This document shows, piece after piece, positions 59,401 to 64,000 of a DNA stretch of 64,000 nucleotides. Below the pieces are notes generated by a model. It ran no database searches, was not told where the DNA came from, and was given only the letters and a program-made list of their open reading frames with translations. How positions within the stretch are numbered: the stretch's first letter is position 1; each line of letters starts with the position of its first letter. The DNA comes from Entomortierella parvispora E1425 (taxonomy: Eukaryota > Fungi > Mortierellomycota), in contig BQFW01000010.1 of NCBI GenBank assembly GCA_020891255.1, positions 1,426,001-1,490,000 of the forward strand. Direction: 5' to 3'. A program made the position numbers and the translations under genes.

Positions 59401-62226
59401 AGGAAGTCGACAAGGAGACTGCCAAGAGCTGGGTTTTTTTATTATTATCATGATTGTTTCCGTCCAAACGTGCATACTTGCGTAGTCATCATGGATGCGA
59501 CTCAACATCAACAGAGATTGGAGACCCCTCTAGCAGAGAACAACAACCAAAAAAAAAAATCGCCGCTCCAAAAAAACAAAATCAGATGCATGCTCTCTCG
59601 CAGCGGAAAAGGGCCTGCGCTCAAAAAAAAAAAAAAAAAAAATCTGGACAAACAAAAAGACGACTAACGTTTTTGCCGGAATTGGGCGCAAAAGAGAGAG
59701 AGAAAAAGAGAAGGGCGATCGATTGCAGAAGCCGACGACGGACAAAAGAAATGGTGAGACCTGTGATGCCTCCATGAATAGGTCAAATGAGAACAAAAAT
59801 ATTGCTGCAGAGCTCGCCTGTATCAAGATAGGATCACGGCGTGCATGCAGGGGGATTGGCCGAGAGGACGGGGGGGTCTAGATGTAGCTAATCTTCCAAA
59901 ACAAAGACTGCAAAAACGGTTGGCCATTTGTCTGACATTGAGTGAGCAACTAACGTCCAACGTATGGAACATGGGTACATGCATGGTAGTCGAGAGAATG
60001 TATGATGAGGGCACAAGGTATTCTGCACACTCTGTCGTGCTTTTGCGGGGTAAAGCCATGATCCATTGTACTGTAGAAGCATAGTCCCCACACGGAAGAA
60101 TTCGCGAGATGCTTCGTTAAGCAGACGAGAGAACCCGGCCATCGGAAGCTGGAGGAAGGACCAAGGGGGGTTGAACATGCGAGGTCCTCTTCGGACACAC
60201 CGGAACGTGATGGCATTGGTGCCCAGCACGTTAGTTCCGCCTTTTTGTTAATAATGTCGCAGTTGGTTGGTAGCGGCAAGTAGTGCGTCACCCCAAAGGC
60301 AAAAGGCACAGTTGCATGCATGTATCCCAAACAAAGGTTAGGTTCAGCCAACTTGCCCGATATATTTTTACACTTTGGTTTTTCCCTCAAGCTCAGCCAG
60401 ACCAGCGGCGGCAAAACAACATCCGGAGAGTCCATAAACACAGACAAAAAGAGAGTTCTTTCCCCAGATGTGGACCGATTGTTTGTCTCGAACTCTTTTA
60501 CTCTTTCTCGGAGGAAACAAGGCAAGGGAAGCATTTGTGAGGATGGAAAGATCTGAGATTGAAAAAAAAAATGAAAAAAAATGGCCTTTTGTTTGGATGG
60601 GCTGTCCCTCCTTTTGTTTGTAGCAATTATTGTTGTCATTGTGTTGTTTGGATTCCCTTGCATCGTTCTTGAACATGGTTCGATCAATTAAAAGGGGGGA
60701 AGGAGAGTGCTGCATGCTCTGAGGGAACTGTCAAAGGGTGACAAAAGGGCAAAAAACTCATCTCGATTGTCGGGGTCATCAAGATGCGAGAACCTAATCG
60801 ACCAGATAAGATGACCTTTTCATCTCTTTGACTAAGCCCAATATGTTATGTGTGGGCGTGCCCACTGTCCCCTCTTCGCAGTGTTTTTTTTTTTTTTTTT
60901 TTGTACCCTGGGAAAGTTGGATGTGTATATGTGTGTAGCCTGCACGCAGAAAACGTGGCTTGTGTACGTCAATTGTGGAGAGATTGGCCAGATGGATCGC
61001 AAGAGTAAGTTTGACAAGGAGGTTTAACGAGGTTGAGCAATGAGTAACGTCAAATGCATTGCGCGATAGAGCGCAAATGAGATGGTGGTCCAAACGCTCA
61101 CACGCGTCTTGCCCGCGCGGCTGCCCATAAGGAGATCATGGAGATATCCTAGACCCTGAAATGGACAATGACGCTCTCCATCTCTTCTTCCCTGTTCTTT
61201 TTTCTTGCCTCGGTTCGACAAACGGGAGCATGGGCCATCCTGTCTCCATCTCTCCAACTAACACAATGATGCGACCATGGGCCAAAATCAAAATTAAAAA
61301 GCGAGAACCCTCGGATAATTGATTTGTCCATTTTTGACTTCTTTTTTATCTCTTTTTCACGGAGGGCACATAAACGAGAATGAAAAAGGGAGAGAAGACG
61401 CCGTCCAGTTGATCTTGCTACCAGTCTCCGCTAGATGAGCTTGAGCAAAACGGACCTGCAGCAACAGGGGGTGCGGGCAATGACGCGTGTTGACAATGAT
61501 TTTTCTTGGAGTTGAACTCTTTGGATGCTTGCTCCCTTTTTTTTTGTTTCTTTTGGCTGAGATGAAATGTCTGACACTGAAGGGGTGAAGTTCGAATGGA
61601 TAGAGATGGAAGATTATCGTTGACAAAAGGGCACAAGGGCGGTCACCAAGATCGACAAAGGGATCTCTACTCAATTCAATGGTCACTTTCTTGCTAGGAT
61701 GCGTGTCCTTGGATTTTTCAAGGGATCTCGTTCAAGTTTGCCATGGTTTGCTCTTGCTTACGAAGTCCTTTCAATGGTCTTCTTGAAGTAACAAAAAGAG
61801 GAGCCGTGAAAAAAAAGAAGTTACATGGTGAACGGGGAAAAGAGATGATTGCCTGATCTGATCATCCGACAAAAGAGAACCTTCTCAGAAAAGTCGATTC
61901 AATGGCAAAGGGGGAGGAGGCTGGAAGAGTAGGAGAAACAGAAAGAGAGATGGTGGTGATGGCTCATGATGAGCATGGTTCAAGGTGCGACACGTCAAGG
62001 TTGTTCAAACAAAAGAAAAAAGAGTCGAGTCCCAGTCAAGCTTGAGCGCTCAGGTACCTTGTTTTTTTCCGACTTTGACCTGCATGCTGCCCCATTCGGA
62101 GCTACCGGTTCTTAATATCCCGCAGCCATGATTTCATGGGCTAACGGCAGAGCCAAGAGGCTGAGATGATGGAAGAATGATGAAAAAAAAAAAAAAAAAA
62201 GGAAAAATCTAGGGGGGGAAGGGGAA

Positions 62227-62227
<1 letters not shown>

Positions 62228-62268
<41 letters not shown>

Positions 62269-62269
62269 C
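62228..62269. repeat. (AAC)14 microsatellite
   Basis: Perfect trinucleotide run in intergenic DNA. Confidence 0.97.
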
Positions 62270-64000
62270 GGACGGTCCACACAAATTTGGATCGGTTGTG
62301 TGCTTTTCATTTTGGAAGGTTCCGGCAGGGTCAAGAATGGGTTTCCTTTTGAGAGCCATCGAGGGTTCAAAACACGGGTAGGTGCGCAAAGGAGAGAGAG
62401 AATCAGGCACACAAGCAACAGCAACGTCTTTTTTTTTTTTTTTTTTTTTTTACAACTCCCGATGTGTTTGACCAAGGTGGTTGGTTGTTAAGAACTTGAG
62501 AGCGTTTGGATCCCTTTTGTGTAAACAATCGCATCCTTTCGGACGAAAAAAAGATTTTTTTATCTTCATGGTTGCATCATTTGTGTGTAAACAAACTCTT
62601 TTTTTTTAGGTCTCTTGTTTTCAGGAACGAGCGTGCCGCGGTGAGGCGATGAATAATCGCGTGTCAACAAAGAAAAGGAGATTGAAAAAAATGAAGAGGT
62701 TGAATGAGTATTCCCGAACATCATTAACCATGCCTAAACAGCAACGCCCTGGGCTGTCCTCATTTCTCTCTGTTGCTCGCCCTGCTTCACCCTGAATAAA
62801 AAAAAAACAATAATAAAAAAGCGTTGCACAATCCAACCAGTGCGCGAGCAATTTGCTCCCGAGTTTAGTGTGTTAGGATGTTGGCGAAAAGGTTCAAACA
62901 AAGTGGAGAATGAGCATTCGCGACGTGTAACCATGTCCCTGAAGCAAGTCGTCAGCATTCTTCGCGGGAAGAAAAAAATATGTCTGGGCGCAAGGGACAG
63001 GGACGGACAAAAAAAAAGCTCGAGAGCAGCAAGCGGTGGTTCCCAATTCCTCTTGGAGGCAAACCCTGTTTGGATTTCCAACAGGGGTGTATGTGAACAA
63101 CAGGCAAAACAGGTGGGCTTTGTTGACTATTTGCGCCGCCCATTTCTGGTGGCCAATCCCTTCAGCTCGGTCATGCCAAAGACGGAAGACAAAAAAGAAA
63201 ATTCGTTTTTAACGTTCATGTTTGTTTGTTTGTGCACCTACCCTCAATTCTTATCCTTCAGAAAAGTTACTAAGGGGGAGTTCTTTGGATACCTTCCATT
63301 CTGGTCGTCTTCCATCCTTCCACAATGGATGTTTCTACAGGTCTATTCCAACGTGGTCTATGATTTTGTCCACCCTCTCTTTATCTTGAATGTCAATTGC
63401 ACCAATTGGGATCAAAAATTCTGAAAGATTCTTCCAGAAAGTAATGCATGGAAAAGATCGACAAAGCACAAACAACAAAGCAAGGTTTTCTTCCCCTCAC
63501 AATCCCTTCTCCAGCTGCCCCTTCTCTTCCTTTTCCCCTATTTCTTTTTCCCCAATTCTATTGATCTTGACCACGTCTAGTTGCTTGGCACACTTCTTTG
63601 GAACAGGGACCCCGTACCGGAGTTTGCAGTGGTTAGATTCAGGGCCCTGGTCTGCACCCAGAAAAATTGGCCAATATCTTTGTCAAAAAGTGAGGAGGGG
63701 GCCGCGTTCGATTGCTTCGGGAGTCACCCCCCAGAGGGTAACCAAAGGCGTCCTCTTCGTTGTGTTTTTATTCATCGTTCCTATTTGTCATTTGTCGCTC
63801 AGATCGCCTTGAGCTTTCTAGTCCTGTTTATATCCCCTGCATCTCCGAAACGCAAGGCTGACTGAATAAGAACGTTTGTTACGCGACTTTGTACATAGTG
63901 AGTTCCGCTCTGCTCCCATTTCCAACCCTTCGGTCCCCCCCCCCCCCCTCGTGTCTTTAGACATGGTTTTCCCTATTTTAAAAATATTTCCGTGGTCGTG

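Noticed and set aside
53500-64000. ORFs of 60-245 aa in the terminal region
   Set aside because: Homopolymer-derived poly-K/poly-F, no codon bias, no consistent exon chain or domain.

Overview
Intron-rich eukaryotic genomic DNA from an early-diverging fungus. Short GT-AG introns, poly-A/T-rich intergenic DNA, GDP-fucose synthase and NAMPT fit Mortierellaceae/Mucoromycota best; the taxon is an inference. Genes in order: RPL19 (3' exon), RSM19, GDP-L-fucose synthase, Rab-GDI, a 54-aa secreted Cys peptide missed by the ORF track, a DUF2458-like gene, an ATG22-like transporter with two microexons, a GRIP-domain golgin, UBA1, an orphan, a ubiquitin-like-domain gene, an M6P-receptor-like gene, PP4R1-like, BCAT, Siva-like, a coiled-coil orphan and NAMPT. 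About 10.5 kb at the end has no recognisable gene. The standout is a 5.4-kb hAT-superfamily transposon (3514-8889). It has ~680-bp near-identical terminal inverted repeats, a two-intron ~1050-aa transposase interrupted by 2-3 single-base homopolymer frameshifts, and a second gene encoding a stand-alone paralogue of the transposase's own BED-like DNA-binding module. The promoter and first 37 codons of that second gene lie inside the TIR, so they are duplicated at the other end, facing antisense to the transposase. No tRNA, rRNA or CRISPR array was seen.
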